DNA of 64,000 bases, taken from positions 372,001 through 436,000 of the forward strand of contig CM102285.1 of assembly GCA_046563655.1 (NCBI GenBank), given 5' to 3'. Within the stretch, counting starts at the first letter, position 1; every line of letters begins with the position of its first letter. Under the pieces are notes generated by a model. The model did not search any database, was not told the DNA's origin, and saw only the letters and a list, made by a program, of their open reading frames with translations. A program made the translations under genes and the position numbers. This document shows positions 19,685 through 34,000 of the stretch, one piece after another. The DNA is from Yuukianura sp. NJ FZ-2021. Its lineage: Eukaryota.

Positions 19685-22600
19685 ATGGATTTGCAGATTC
19701 AACTGCTGACGCTGGACAGACTTCCGCTTCCGAGTCTGCGTGTATATGCTGGTCTGAGTGTCCTCGCAGCGTCGTGTTCTCTGTACTACATTTGGAGCGA
19801 ATCACAAGTTCAGTTCCAGTGTCATACTTTGAGTCGTGGACCTAAATTTAACCTGTTGCTAAGCAACGGTGCTAAATTTGACCCCGATGACCTTTGGTAT
19901 CTAAGCGGAAGCAGAAATAAGACGGAAGGAGAGTTGATGGGATTGCCCGGAGCATTGGAATGGGCCAGTCAACAACCGCATTGTGTCTGGGTACGTTCAA
20001 CCTAACGGTAAAAGTGAATTCGGAAGTGAATGACTAGGAGCCCTTAAGTGAAGTCCTCCTAAAGGCCTTAAAGTTAAAATGTTAAAACTGTTAACACTTT
20101 TAACATTTTAACTTGAAATGTTTGTGTTAAATGACCAAATAGGTAATTAGTACTGTAACATACACTATTTACGCTTTGAACATGATGATAAGCTGCGGAT
20201 TTAACTTCAAAAGTGCACTTGAGCATTTAGGAGCGTAAACAAAGCATGAAAATCACTTACGGGATCAAAAATAACAAAAAAAAAAAAAAAAAAAAAGTTA
20301 AATCTCGAGTAGGAGCGTGTTTGCGTGTTAACTTTTGACTTTTTAGTAGTTAATTATGATCTTTTGATCACACTCCAGTTAATCTGTGGGACACAAAGTA
20401 ATCTACTTAAAAGCCACAAACGGAAAACAACGCCTCTTTCATATTATGCTTGCAATTGGATTTTGAGGAGCAAAAAGTAACTTTTAAAAAGTTAATTTTT
20501 GTATTTGAATTTTGTTTTTTTGATGAAATTGAAACATAAACTGAGTGTCTGGTTTAATGATTTGTGTTGATTTTTATTAATAGAGTGAAGTGGCAAGTGA
20601 AAGTGAGAGTGATGAAGCTAAAATTAACAAATTTCACTTTCACTTTCACTTTCGTTAACGTGGTTGATTTTTAATAGGTTTTTGAATTTGGAGTTGTGTT
20701 TATGAAATATACAATGAAAGTTTATTTTAGCAGGACAATGAAGTTCTAGGTTAGTTCCCACACTTAGGCTCGTTCGTCAAATTAACTTTTGATTAAGTCT
20801 ATTGATTTTATAATTTGAGTGTCTAATTACATTTTATGGTTTCATTGTTTTCCTTCCTCTATAACCCACTGGAAGGAAAAACAGACACAAATTACTTTTT
20901 TTGTGAACAGGAAAAACCAATTATGTTTTTCGTTAGCGCTGGATTAGTTTGGCCTTACGAGCGATGCGATCAGCGCTGACTTTTACTTTCCTTTATTCCT
21001 GAGAATTGCTGTCTTGTTTTTTAGCACAGCTAAGGTTAATTTTTCGTCTCTGGGTATAGTCTATGATAAATTGACTTTTAGTACCGTAAAACTTCAAATA
21101 GTGCCACGGTCTCAAAAACTTACCAGGATGAACAAGGAGTAGTACTGTAAAACTCCCAATAAAGGCCGGTCTCTAATCAGCGCCGGGGGATTCGGCCAGA
21201 CTTAGAAATAAATCCCGGGTCTCTTTTAAACACCGGGGGGTTAAAACGAGATTTTAAATAAACGCCCGGGCCTTTATTACAAGTTTTACGGTAAGTTTCC
21301 TACCCCCAAAGGTCAATGAAACAATTTTGTACCCGAGGGTTCCTATTTGAATATTTACGGTACTTTATGGTTAAACGTGTAAAGTGGTTTGACGCAAAGT
21401 GGTTAACTGTAAGTTGCATGTTTTTAGTGGGAAATAATTCAGGGTTCTGACCCATTTCTTTTTTTGGGAAGAAGGATATGTGAATTGGAAATGAAGGAAA
21501 GGAAACTTATACAGTATAATTTTTATAAGTTATATAATTTGTATAAGTTATATAAAATAGTTACGTGATGGAAGTAACGGAGGTGAGAGATCACCTCATC
21601 TCTCACTTACCTTGTACAAAAGAACCAAAAGTTGTTGACTTGTGGGCTAGTAAGACATGTTCTAACAATCTCCTTTCATTTTAACCTTCAATTTTTCATT
21701 TCAACTTCAATGTTAATTTCATTTTCAACAATTTTAATTCACATTTTAAAGAAACCTTTGAAAGTTGATGTTAAAACTCGATTTTAACAAATTATGTCCA
21801 TAATTGTCTATTGTTTAAAAGTAAAAATTGATTTTCTGAAAATGGACACATCAAGGTCACTTTTGCCTTGAAAATGAAATTTTGGGCGGAGTACAACAAG
21901 GCATGTGAATCATCAAAATTTTGTTATAAAAAAAACAGGTTAAGTTGTAGGGAGTATGAAAATTCTGAAAAGCATAACAAAGTATACGTAGAAAGTAAAA
22001 ATGTTAAAACTGTTACAACAAGGTTTGGTTAAAACTAAAATGCTAATTTTTTTTGTCTTCCTATAGTTTGCTTTGTACTGAAATTTTTTTGATAATTTCT
22101 CTTTTTGCTAAATTCATTGCTAATTTTTTTGTTTTGTTGTTTTTTAGCCACTGGTGAACTTGTCTTACTGTCTGCTGATTATCTTGAGTCACTGGATCCA
22201 GAAAACGATCTTTGGGAATTTAAGATCTTCTGAGTTGGAGGACATGAAAGATCAGTTTTGGAATTTGATCTTCTACAAAGTCGTTTTCATCTTCGGAGTG
22301 GTCAATGTACAGGAAGTGGAAGATGCAGTGGGATGGTGTTTCTTCGTCTCAGTCATTGGATTCCTACAACTAGCACGTCAACTCTCAAAAGAAAGGCACA
22401 ATTATGTAAGATTTACAATTTCAAAAAAAAAAAAAAATCAAACGGAATTTTTTTAAAAAAATTGAAATTCTCTGAACCTAATGTCGTGTCTTGGAGGAGA
22501 GGCGTTTTGTTTTGTTTTTTTTTTCTTAAAATTGGAAGGTTTTTTTTCTTGAAAAGTATACTTTTTTCCCATTTTACAAAGCAAATATTTGAAAGTAGGA

Positions 22601-24376
22601 ATAGTCACGAAGTGTGAACGTAAATGAGCATCAATTATGACCAATTATGAAGGCTGAGAGTTTTCCGAAGGTCCTTCCTGGATAAAGTCCCGAGCAGAAT
22701 GCTGGACACGGATAGAATGTTGGACATAATCGATTAAGTTTAAAATTACATTGAAAAGTTAACGTCATGACCGTGACTTTGAAGTAATGATGACTTTAAC
22801 AACAAATCTCAGTTTTATGAACAAAAATTAACACAAATCTTAAAAAAAGCAACATTTTTTAAAAGATTTTTTTGAAAAATTTTAAATTTTTGTTTTGATT
22901 TTTTTTGCAGTTGATATTGATGAACGACTGGAGTCGACGCAGCGAAATTCAGCGTCACCGGATCCTTGGGCTTTTGGTTTTTATCTTCATGACCTCCGTG
23001 ACCTTGTTTCTGGGAGTGTGCGGATGGTATGCCAATTCAAGAAGTACTGGAAATACTGGCAGTACTGGAACTGAAATCAGCGATTCAGCGTCTGGGAAGT
23101 TGGGAAGTACTGACATGAGCAGTTCTCCGTACAACTTTAGCCTGGGACTCCACAATGCTTTGTTCATGGTTTCCGAAATTGGCCTCCTCAGTATCCAGAC
23201 GCTGCATGCTTTGACAATTTGTGTCTTTGAGCATCTGAAGCAGAAGTATCAGCGCAAGCGTCCTGGATCGCTGCCACGCTTGAGCAACAGCGAAGATCAG
23301 TCGATGGCCCAAACAATCAACTACTACTTTGATATCACGGCACTGCTCTTTGATTTGGTAAGAACCAATCACAGAGCTGGAATCCAAAACATGACTAGAT
23401 TGCTGATTCTAATCGCTGATTTTTGTTTCTAATCGCTGGTTTTAGGTGCACCATGTCCATATGCTGATTTGCTGCAACTTGTTCCTGTCCATGACATCGC
23501 TGATTGTCTCTCTCCAGATGAGATCTCGAGCACGACAGATTCATGCGCTGTTGAAAAAGCGGAATTCCTTCACGTGGCTGTCCAAGCACATTGCCAAGTA
23601 TGATCAAAATTTTGAAAATTTTTGAAAAAGGGAAATTTTGAAATTTGAAAAAGTAAAATTTTGAAATGTGTTGCTAGGTACCCAGATTTTGTGGAGACGG
23701 GAGCAGAGAGCCGAGAGGAGAACTGTGCAATATGCTGGGACTTGATACTTGTGCAGAAAGCAAAAGTACTTCCTTGCAAGCACATTTTTCACGTGTACTG
23801 CCTCAAGAAGTGGCTTTTGATCAGCATGAACTGCCCCACTTGTCGCCTTGCGCTGATCGCTGATTCTGAAGCGTCGCAAAAGGAGGGAGAAGCCAGGGGC
23901 GGAGCTCCAGAGTTGCTAGGATACCGTACGATCCAATCCCAGACGGATTCTGGGGTTTCTCCAAACTGGACAAACGCTACTGGATTTGTTCGGTGGTTGG
24001 GATCCACAAATGGACGAGGCTCCAGTAATAGAAGGTGTGAAATTTTGAAAAAAAATGAAAATTTTGAAAAAAAAATGAATATTTCGAACAAAAATTTTTT
24101 TTTGAAAAATTGTTTTCTTGTGTAATCTAGTCAATCGTTTGTATTTCTTTTTCAGCGTCTCCACCTCCACGTTCGGTTTCGCTCTTTGGAGATTTCGTGG
24201 TTCAAGACTGGACGGTTGAAGTGAGTTAATTTACATTAAACTTCTTAATAAACTAAACTTAAGTTAATTAACTTTTAGTTAGTTAATTGATTAACTTTTT
24301 GTGTTTTTAGGCTACTGAAGTGAACAGAGCTCAAACGCAAACAATAACACAAACGAATACAATTAAGACCGACTGA
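19685..24376 (+). CDS. AMFR: AMFR/gp78-like ER membrane RING-H2 E3 ubiquitin ligase
   Basis: Exons 19685-19990, 22148-22405, 22911-23357, 23446-23597, 23678-about 24030, then short terminal exon(s) whose phase is uncertain (stop about 24219 or 24376). LDRLPLPSLRVYAGLS and MKDQFWNLIFYKVVFIFGVVNVQ resemble gp78. RING-H2 CAICWD...LPCKHIFHVYCLKKWL...CPTCR. Confidence 0.88.
21082..21362. mobile_element. Nested TA-flanked Tc1/mariner-pogo-type MITEs
   Basis: Outer TA-CCGTAAA...TTTACGG-TA (21082-21362), inner TA-CTGTAAAACT...AGTTTTACGG-TA (21143-21293). Related ends occur at about 25663 and 48551. Confidence 0.65.
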
Positions 24377-24700
24377 ATACTGAAAGTCTACTTTTAAGTT
24401 GTGATTTTTTTTTGCTTTTGAAATACCTGAAACTTTGAAATATATTTGTGCAATGTCGTTGATTTTGAAGTAATCTAAGAGAAATTAATAAACTCGAGGG
24501 GTTGTAAAACGATTAACTCAAAAGTCAAGGAGAAGTTTTCGAATTTATTTCAGATTTTTGTTATTGGAATAATGGCGGCAAATTACTTTTCTAATCCAAG
24601 GGGCTTCTTCCGAGAACGACTCACTCAACTTTCGTTTTTCTATCTCTTGGCGTCTTGCAACGTAAAAATTTTGATTATGGCGCTTCGTTTGTTCAGCAGA

Positions 24701-27700
24701 TCACTTTTCGGTCTCTTCAACCGGAACAGAAGTTCCACTATAAAAAAAAATAAACATAGTTGTTAATTACTTAAATTATTAAACGCAATTACTTGAATTA
24801 CTGCAACTAATTAGTACTTGTATTACTGGAATTACTGAACGTAGCTACTTAAGTTACCGAGAACAGTTATACTCAACGTAATTACTGGATGTAATTACTT
24901 GAATTACTGAACGTGATCACTTGAATTACTGAATGTAATTGCTGTAATTACAAGTAATTCATAAACGTTATTCCAGACTTACCGTTGCGAGAGATTAGCA
25001 AATCCTTCTAGATTGAGCGTAGCGAATGGCACGATCAGATTCAGTTTCGGCAGACGATCAGACGATCCCAGTTTTGCATTGAATTCAGCGCAAGTTCCGA
25101 CACAGTAGTCGAACTTTTCCAGGCCCACTTTAGCACTTTTGACCATCCCAAGCAGTTCTTTGTACACAAACTTGAATCGTTTGAGTGCTCCGACACAGCC
25201 ACAAGCAGCTCCATACAGAGCCAGTTTGCTCTCGGTGGCCAACAGCTGACATGGTTTGGGTTGAGCCAAGAGGTCAAACAACGGTTTGAATCGAGTCAAG
25301 AGGTTCATGGGGTATCCAGGAGTGTAAATTTCTTGTAAGTGACGAACAGTAGTCAGCACGGAGTTGAACGAAGAGTGGAAATGGTCCATCAGTCCCAGAA
25401 AAATGACACGACGTTCGAGAAAGTTGAGATCGGAGAACGGGAACCATGCTTCTGTAATGTCTTTCTTCAAAAACAGTCCGTACTTCCCGGTAAGAAAGTG
25501 GAGGAATTTGGGAAAAATGTCTGGTCCAGTGAATCCAACGATTTGCATATGCGCAAATCCATGATAGTTTTTTGGTTCTTCGTCATTCTGAACCTCGAAA
25601 GCAACTTCTGGATCCACTTTGATTCGCTCGTGAGTCTTTTCTCTGAAAATGACAATGAAATTACCGTAAAACTTCTAATAAACCCGGGCGTTTAATCAAA
25701 ATCTCAAGTTTACCCTGGGCTTTCATTCAAAATCTCAACTTTTCGAAGGGCGTTTACTCAAAATCTAAGTTTATCGCCTTATCCCGGGCGTTTATCCAAT
25801 AACTTAGATTTTTTAATTTTTTGCCAAAATTTTCAAAAACTAAACAAGCTAACCTCAGAATCTCCACTTTGTCCTGGATGTAGCGAATGCGTTCCTTCAT
25901 TTTCTTGTGTTCCTTGACAATGTCCTCCAGCAAGTGCTTCACCACCTTAGTTTCCTTTTTGACCAAGTCATGGACAGCCCCTGGTTCGGTCGGCTTCAAC
26001 TGGAACGCCTGAAAAAACGAAAAGGTTCATAATTTCAAAATTTTGAATCTGGATTTTGAGTCAGGAATCAGAATTTTTGATTCTGATTCCTGACTCTCGT
26101 CAGGAGTCATGACTCGTGACTCATGATTCAATTGACTCACAGCAGTTGAGAGAACGTAGATCCAGTCTTTGATGAAAGTTGAACTGATTCCATTACCTCC
26201 TGGAAGGGAATTTGCTTTGGTGTCTGTTTGAGTCTTGAAATGTGGAATCATGAGGTAGAAAGTGCATTCCAGTGCAGTGCAAGTAGCGCTGTTTAGAATT
26301 CCTTTGAGGTAATTAGCATGGTAGATGAAGGCTTCAATGAATCCAAGGGAGTCCGGTAGTTTTGAACCGAGCTTGATTTGAACCGGTTTCACCAATTCTT
26401 TGTTCTGGTCGTTAGTCGATCCCTCCGATTTTTCTTTCGGCACAACACGCATCTTCGGTACGCGGTACGAAAGAGCTCGGTGTTGAACATATCCAGTGTA
26501 CCCTAAGACACACATCCAAATTTTGAAATTTTGGTTTTGAAAATGAAAATTTTGAAATTTTGGTTTTGAAAATGAAATTTTTTGAATATGGTTTACAAGT
26601 GTCAGTGATGTCGTGTGCAGTGAGATTTGGAGTGCCAAAGGTCAGGAGTCGATCCAGAATCAATTTCCGCAGGATCTTCTTCCGTTCCATCCGTTCTGGA
26701 TTCAACTTTTCTTTCAGATAGCCTGGAACTGCTGGAGATTGGCCAATGGAGGTGTCACGTCCTGGAAGTCCAGCCAGAAAAATGTCTTGATACGGCAAGT
26801 AGAACATCGTGTCGGGTTCGACCAAACTCTGAGTCGAAAGCTCTGCCGTTCCGGTTTCCGTTCCAGGAAGTCGCTCAAAGTTGTTGTCCAGGTCCACACT
26901 GAAAGTTTACAAATTTACTTTACGGATTTACGAATTTACGGATTTACGGAAGTTCAACTTACACAATGGCGAGGTCATTGGCGACATTGATGTGCATAGT
27001 GATCGGAGATGCCGGAAGGTCATTGACCTCAATCGCTTCAGTTTCAGCTTCTTTCGGCGCCAGTACTTCGCTTGGCTCAGCTGAAATTTTGAAAAAGTTG
27101 AAATTTTTTGAAAAATTTTTGTTTTACAGCCTTTTTAAACTTTGTTTGAGTTCATACTGTTGGAGCAGTGAGGTTGAGGTTCAGGTACGGTTTCTGGAGT
27201 TTGTTCGACATGCGCATGCGCATTGCCATTTTCATCTTTGGAGTTGACCTTGTCAGTTTGACCAGATCCTGCGTCGTAGTCTACAGAATCCCTTTCAGTG
27301 TCCACGCGAAGAGTGACCTTGTCGAAAGTCTTGAGGTCATGCAGGTCAATCCGAAAAGTTTTGACTTTTTCAGCGCTTGACGTGGAGCCATTGGTCATTT
27401 CTTCCTCTTCGCTTTCAGTTCCAACCTCGTCAGAATCGCTTCCAGCGTCAGCGTCGTTGGTCCGCACAGTTCGATTCAGAATGACGCTCGTGGCTTCCGA
27501 ACACGACCGAACACGGCCAGCACTTTTCCGTTTCTACAAACAAAATCAATCAAAATCAAAAAAAGTTCAATGAAAAAACTCAAAACTCAAAGTTCAAAAA
27601 TTCAAAATATAAACTTACGTGAAGAATTTGGATACTTTTTTCTTCTTTTAATGTTTTCGAAACCGAAACGGCCTCCCAGATGACACAACGAGAATCAGAG

Positions 27701-28173
27701 CCACTGAAATTTCAAAAAAAATCAAATCAAAAAATTCTTTTCAAAAATGAACTTTTTTCAAAATTTTGTTGTTTTTTTTTGTCCTGACTTACTTGGGACA
27801 GGTGACAATCCTAAAAAAAATAGAAGTATAATGTAAATTAATCAATGAATTAAGTAATTACAAAAATTCAAGTAATTCAATTGAATTAGCAAAGTAATTG
27901 AACTTTTTCTTACCGAACAAACCGAGCAACAGGATTGGTGATGTCGAAAGACGCCAGTCGAACTCCGTGGTCGGGAAAAACTGACGGAGGTGACGAGGCC
28001 GTGACATTGCCATCTATGTCCACAGGGGTGTCTGACGAAGGGGGCCCTTCGTCAGAGGGCCCTTCGTCACTGATGGTCCCTTTGGTCAAGTACCCTCTGA
28101 CCTCAATCCGTGTCACGGGTTTGTCCAGGTTAAGTCCTCCTAGTTTCTCAATCAAAACTTTGTAGCGACCCAT
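24701..28173 (-). CDS. Uncharacterised multi-exon protein
   Basis: ATG at 28173. Successive minus-strand open frames bounded by GT-AG (for example 27914-28173, 27619-27704, about 27150-27533, 24983-about 25643, 24701-24737) ending RGTSVPVEETEK-stop. No family recognised, and some internal junctions are approximate. Confidence 0.7.
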
Positions 28174-28789
28174 CTTCAATCCAAATGTCAACTCAACCGG
28201 GAATTTTCAAATTTCTGCTGTCAATCGCACGAACACTTTTGAAAAGTGCGGGCGCTTCAACTTTCCAAAAGCTCTGCTCTGAGCGCCTCTTTGTTTAAAA
28301 AAGTTCAAACAAAAAAAAAGTAATTCCTAAACTCGTTGTCATGGAAACACAAAAACTGCAAGTTTTAGCGACCTTGTCATTGCTTTTGCGTTATTTTTAG
28401 CACCAAGGTCATGGTCAAAGGTCAAGGTCACAAAAGTTACAGTTCATTTTGGTAACTTATTGTAACTTTTTAATTATTCATTGGTTCCAACGCAGTGGAT
28501 TTACAACCGTATGAGGAACTAAACATTTTTTTCCTAAAGAAGCTTCAACAGAATCAAAAGTTGGACAATTTTGAAAAATTGTGGAGAACATTATTCTTTG
28601 ACCGACTTGAAAAATTTTTTTGAACTTTTTTGAAAATTTTAGCTTCACTAAAAAACTAATAACAGTAACAGTCAAGGTTTAACACAAAAATCATGCAGTC
28701 AGACATTTAACCTCACCGGTTTCCCTCCAATCGTCACCGGGAAATCCGGGAAAACGTTTTCCAATCGTCATTAATCGTGCTAATTACGT

Positions 28790-29570
28790 TTAGGTGTAAG
28801 TAATGAGAGCATAGATCATGGCATAGAGGTAGTAGAAGAACGAGAGCAAGTAGAAGGCCAGTTTAGCCCATCCCTCACGTTGACAGCGATTCAGTTCATC
28901 TGAGTTCATTATCGAAGTGGGGTCGTAGATTCCAACGCCAGAGATCACAGGGCGAGTTCGATATCTAAAAAACAAGAATTGATAGTATCAGTATCAGCTG
29001 ATTTTCAGTCAAGAGGCTGAAAATGTTGAAGAAGCTAGAAAGTAATCGATTACTTTGACTTTTTATCAATTACTCTCACTTGTCGTCGATTACTTTCGCT
29101 TTTTAACTTACCGCTGAATGTGGTATGCAATCAAAGGGATATTCAAGATTAGAGAGAGCCATTCTCCGGATACGAGAAATAAGAGGTTGAAGAAAATGTG
29201 AAGAGCGTATTCCGGTAGAACCAACTACAAAAAAACAAGAATTCATGAATCATTCTTAGCCCATGCCAAATTAATCAATGAATTAATCGTCACTTTGTTA
29301 GTGAATTTATGTTTTCGACTTTTAAGATTCAGATTCACCGTACCGGATTCAAACTCTTGCATTGTTCGATTGGATTTTTGTAGTCGGTTTTTAGCTCATC
29401 AAAGGCAATGATCTGGAAATGAAAGTAACGTTGAGGTTAATTTACAAACAAAATGCCAATTAAATTCTAAAGTAATCGATTACTCTTACGTTAAAGATAG
29501 CAAAGAAGATGAGAAATGCGTCAATGATGAGGGCAGCAATATAAGAGAAGGCTGCAAATGTGAATGCCAT
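28790..29570 (-). CDS. cni: Protein cornichon (ER cargo receptor)
   Basis: Four exons (about 29490-29570, 29344-29412, 29113-29225, 28790-28964) encoding MAFTFAAFSYIAALIIDAFLIFFAIF, IIAFDELKTDYKNPIEQC, LVLPEY, YDPTSIMN and QREGWAKLAFYLLSFFYYLY. Confidence 0.96.
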
Positions 29571-31002
29571 GTCTCTTTGTTTCCAATTCCTCAGTGTCTG
29601 GGTCAACAGGTCAAGGTAGGGCTGGAGTAATTGAAATTAAGGATACCGAATTATCGAAACTCTTGAACAAAAAAGCGAACTTCCGCTTCCACTCTCTCCG
29701 CCTCTGCTCTTGTTGTAAATGTAAACACCAAGTTCCTACCACGAATTCTTTGTATGTAAGTTAAGTAACGGTCAAGGTATGTACAATTACCAATCTAATT
29801 ACTAATTAGTCAATTAATTAACAAAATTGCAAAGGCAGTGCCTGTAAATGTTAAATTTACGGAAACCACACATGAATGAATCAACACAGGAGTTCACTTC
29901 TTCACTTCACAACAACATTTTAAAAATTGAGGTTGGAGTAAGGCTGGCGTAGAACAGCGTAACCTTATCGTGAATTCAGCACGCTAACCGCGGTATAGAA
30001 ATAGAACTCATAGAAATTTAATTTTCAACTAAATTAGTAAAATGAGGTGTACTAACCTGTTTACCCAGGAAACTGCCGAATAAATTGACATTGAAGTAGA
30101 AATAAAAAGGCATGTCCAATCCTCAGAATTGTTATGCTTAGAAATCTCATTCTTAGAAAACAAATAGATTCGGAGGAATAGTTATCCCGATCTATTCCTT
30201 GTTCCGAATTTATACTCCTGTAACAACTGTACCTTTACCAACACATTGTATCATGAAAACTACTTAAAATTAAATGCTGGCTGTTTAATTAAAACCTATT
30301 ATAAGATCAGTAACACACCATTATCAACTCAATTAATTTAAAACAATTCACTTAAACACTTAAACAACTTAAAAAAAACAACGCATTCCATATTTCAGTC
30401 CGAGCACAATCTTTCGTCTCTGGTTCACTCCAACCACAAAACTCCCCTTTGATTTGAACTTTGGAATTCGCGGGCTTTTTTCTCCAAGTTTTTCTCTCAA
30501 TACTCTTCTCATTTCTTTGTTCACAAGCAAAACAGCTGTTATGTTTAGGATAGAAGAATGTTGATTTCGATACCTTACCGTACTTCGTTATCCCCGATAT
30601 CGAGAAACCCTGCCCAAGCCCAATAATTGTGAGGTAAATTGATTATACTCAAGATTAATTTAAACCAAATCTCACACTTTGCTCTGTAATTTACAGAAAT
30701 CCTGCTGCCTAGGCAGGCACTACGTACAGACATTTTGTTGATCCGGCTCACCTGATCGATCAAACAAAGAATTAACCTAGCAAGGTATCACTAATCTAAA
30801 CTTTACCGGTGGTGAAGTGCGGCACCAACTATTACAAGTTCCTCTTACTGACGATTATGAATCTACTAACTAATCGTTAATCTAATTGCAGGAGCTGAAT
30901 CATAGCCATCAATCATAATCATCGCAAGTGTTACATTATAAATCATCGCCAAATCATCTTATTTAGTCAAGAGGAAACCGACAACAAAGAAAAGACGACG
31001 AT

Positions 31003-34000
31003 ATGGATAATGACAATACAGATAAGGGCAAGGACAAGAATACAGAGACGAAACCCAGTAAAAAGCCCGAACGCAAGCCCAGTAAAAAGCCGGAGCGGAA
31101 GCCCAGTATGAAGAAGGCGGAGGGGAAATCCAGTAAGAAGGCGGCGCGGAAAGCCAGTACTGGAGACAAGACACCGCCGCCGGACTCTGGCTACACTCCG
31201 CGTAGGAAGGACACACGGGCTATGATAGAGATGAAGCAAGCTGTAATTAATGAATTAGGAGACGAGTACTACGTCAAACACATCAAACTGCCGTTTTTCA
31301 TTCACTTGGTCTACCTCTTCTCTCCATACTGGGAGTGGCTCATGACGATGCAAATCTGTACCAGCTACTTTTGTATCACGTACTCCATGATATTTGCACT
31401 GTACATTCCGACACTGTACAGGGCCACTAAGTACATGGACATTGTCTTTGTTGCGGATACGTTCATCAGACTGGCAGTTGAGATCTGGAGACGACAAACC
31501 GAGATTCCGTGCATCATTTTCTTGGTACCGTACACCTTTGGCCAGTTCTGCATGGATATGTTTAGCCTTTTGCCCGTCGAAGCAGCTTTCATTGGGTTTT
31601 CCGCGACGAAAACCATTACGTCACTTAAATACTACGACTACTTCCGAGTCAACAGATTCTTACGCTTCTCAAGAGCTTTCAAGTTTTTCAGTAAGGACAA
31701 ACTCAATTAGTTCAATTCAAGTATGTTTTTAGTGATTGATTGATCATCTGTTCCTCACATTGTGAATTTTGTTGTCCTTATCAGCTGTTGTGGTCAACGA
31801 GCGTCGCCTGTCAGCTATTCTGATGTTCATTGTCAAGTACATGACGCAATACCTCATCTTTCTACAGTTCGTCGCTTGTGTCTTCTTTTGGGTTCTGCCG
31901 GCCGTAAGTTACTCAAATCCTCGCATATACCACGTGGTAACTAACGTTTTTCGCGTTTACGACCGCTTGGGTTATCTAAGCATGTGTTTAGTTAGGAGTT
32001 AGTCGATTACCGTGTTTGACTAATCGTAAGTTTAACTTGTTACAGGATCCTGTGGACTTTATGCTTTACCGTAGACGGAACGAAGTTGCCGGCAGTTGGA
32101 TTCGAACTGTAGACAGAGAAAAACCGCAATACGGAAAGGAACATTTCGACCATTTTGCTTTATCGGTCAGCTTTGCTGCTGCTGTAGTCACAACTACAGG
32201 GTAAGTATAACGTCAAATTGAAGTGTTTAAGTTTAAGTGAACTAATTGTGTTGACCAAAATGTGTTGACTTTTTGTCAAGGTATGGAGACTTTTCTGGAA
32301 CGACTTCCCTGGAGATGGGGATCATGGCTATGATGATGTTGACAGGAGCCATTTTGCTGTCCGGCTTTTTCTCCAGTGGACTTGCGTCGTTTTTACTGGA
32401 ACATGACGGAGCTCGGTTCGACTTGTTTTTTCGAGTGGATGCCATTCGAGCTCACTTGGTATGAAATACTTGAGAAATGGTGCCAATTGCTGCAAGTATC
32501 TTAGAAGTTTGATGTTTTTTGTTTGTTATTGTTATCCCAGGTCAACATCAAAGCTCACAAGATCTATGCTCAAAAGGTGATCGAGTACTACAACCTCCTG
32601 TGGAACTACCGTGAAGGAGTCTATGACGTTGGATTTATCGGTGAACTTCCGCGATCTGTTATCGAAGACTTGTACTACGACATTACCACTGAAATGTTTC
32701 ACAAAAGTCAACTGTTTCGTGGATTGGACGAAAGTTTCCTACGCGAGGTCGCTGGGATTGTGCATGTCGTCATTTACAATCCGAAGGTAAAATGCTGCTG
32801 TACATTTCCTCGATACTGCCAATATATACTGCTTTATACTGCCAGTTTCATACTGAATGTTTATTTTTTCAGATGATGTTGTGTACTATCGGTGGCTACG
32901 CGATGAACATGTAAGTATTGCCAACAGAAACACAAAACTTTGGTCTGAAAAAAGTACCGTATTTCCAGGAAATTATTTTAGAGTCTACCGTATTTCCTCT
33001 TTCCCATGTCTCCGAAACTTGTTTCAGAAACAGCCGTATTTCCGAAAATTATTTCTCAAACTACGGTATTTCCTCGTCTATTAGACGCACTATATTGGAA
33101 AAAATAATTTTTCGTCGGCAGTAATCCTGCTTTTGTTCTAGAAAAAGTACCGTATTTCCACAAATTTATTTCAGGAACTACGGTGTTTTCTCTATTTTTC
33201 TATATCCGAAAACTATTCCCTCCCTATAAAAAAAATTCTTGTTTCAATTTTTTGAAATTTTAAATAAGACGTATGTGCGAGGAAATACGGTAATTTCTTA
33301 ATTTTTTTTTTTTGCAGGTACTACTTGCTCCAGGGAGAAGTGATTATCAAGTCAAAACTGGACAGTCGCTGCAACGGAGCGATACTGCGTGCTGGCTGTA
33401 TAATTGGAGAAGTAAATCTCTTTTTCTCGTACCCCTACACCACCACAATTGAAACCATCAACTGCTGCCAGTTGCTCCAAATCCGAAAGTTTGAACTCTT
33501 CAATATCTTCGAGAGCTACCCCAATATCGTCAGCGTTCTCCGAAGACGTATCCAGGTTTACAAAATTTCAATTCTAAAAGTTCATTTTCATTTTTCGAAA
33601 ACGTTTTTTGAATCAAAAATTTTTTTGTGGTAGCGGCGACTTGTTAAAGCTCACAGGGATTACGAAACGATTGGGCAGTATCCGATATGCTGGGTAGAGA
33701 AACAGAACAAACCGGGACACAAGGATTTCAGCACAGAGTTTCCAGTAGAAGTGCGCAGGTAAAATGTATACTTTTTGATTTTTACTATTTACGTATTTAC
33801 GAATTTACGGATTTGCGGAGTTTGTTTTTCCTAACAGTGCCTACGGATTCAACCGACGAATCACAGGAGATGTGACGGACGACACGAATTTAATGATCAT
33901 CGACATGCCCTGCCTGGACAAATCTTATGTCAAGGTGAGAAAATAAAATTTGAAAATTGGGACTCAAAATCTACCGTTTTAAAAACCTTTTGGAAAGTCT

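Noticed and set aside
30959-31239. Three minus-strand ORFs over the CNGK first exon
   Set aside because: They are antisense shadows of the Lys/Pro-rich 24-bp repeat coding region.
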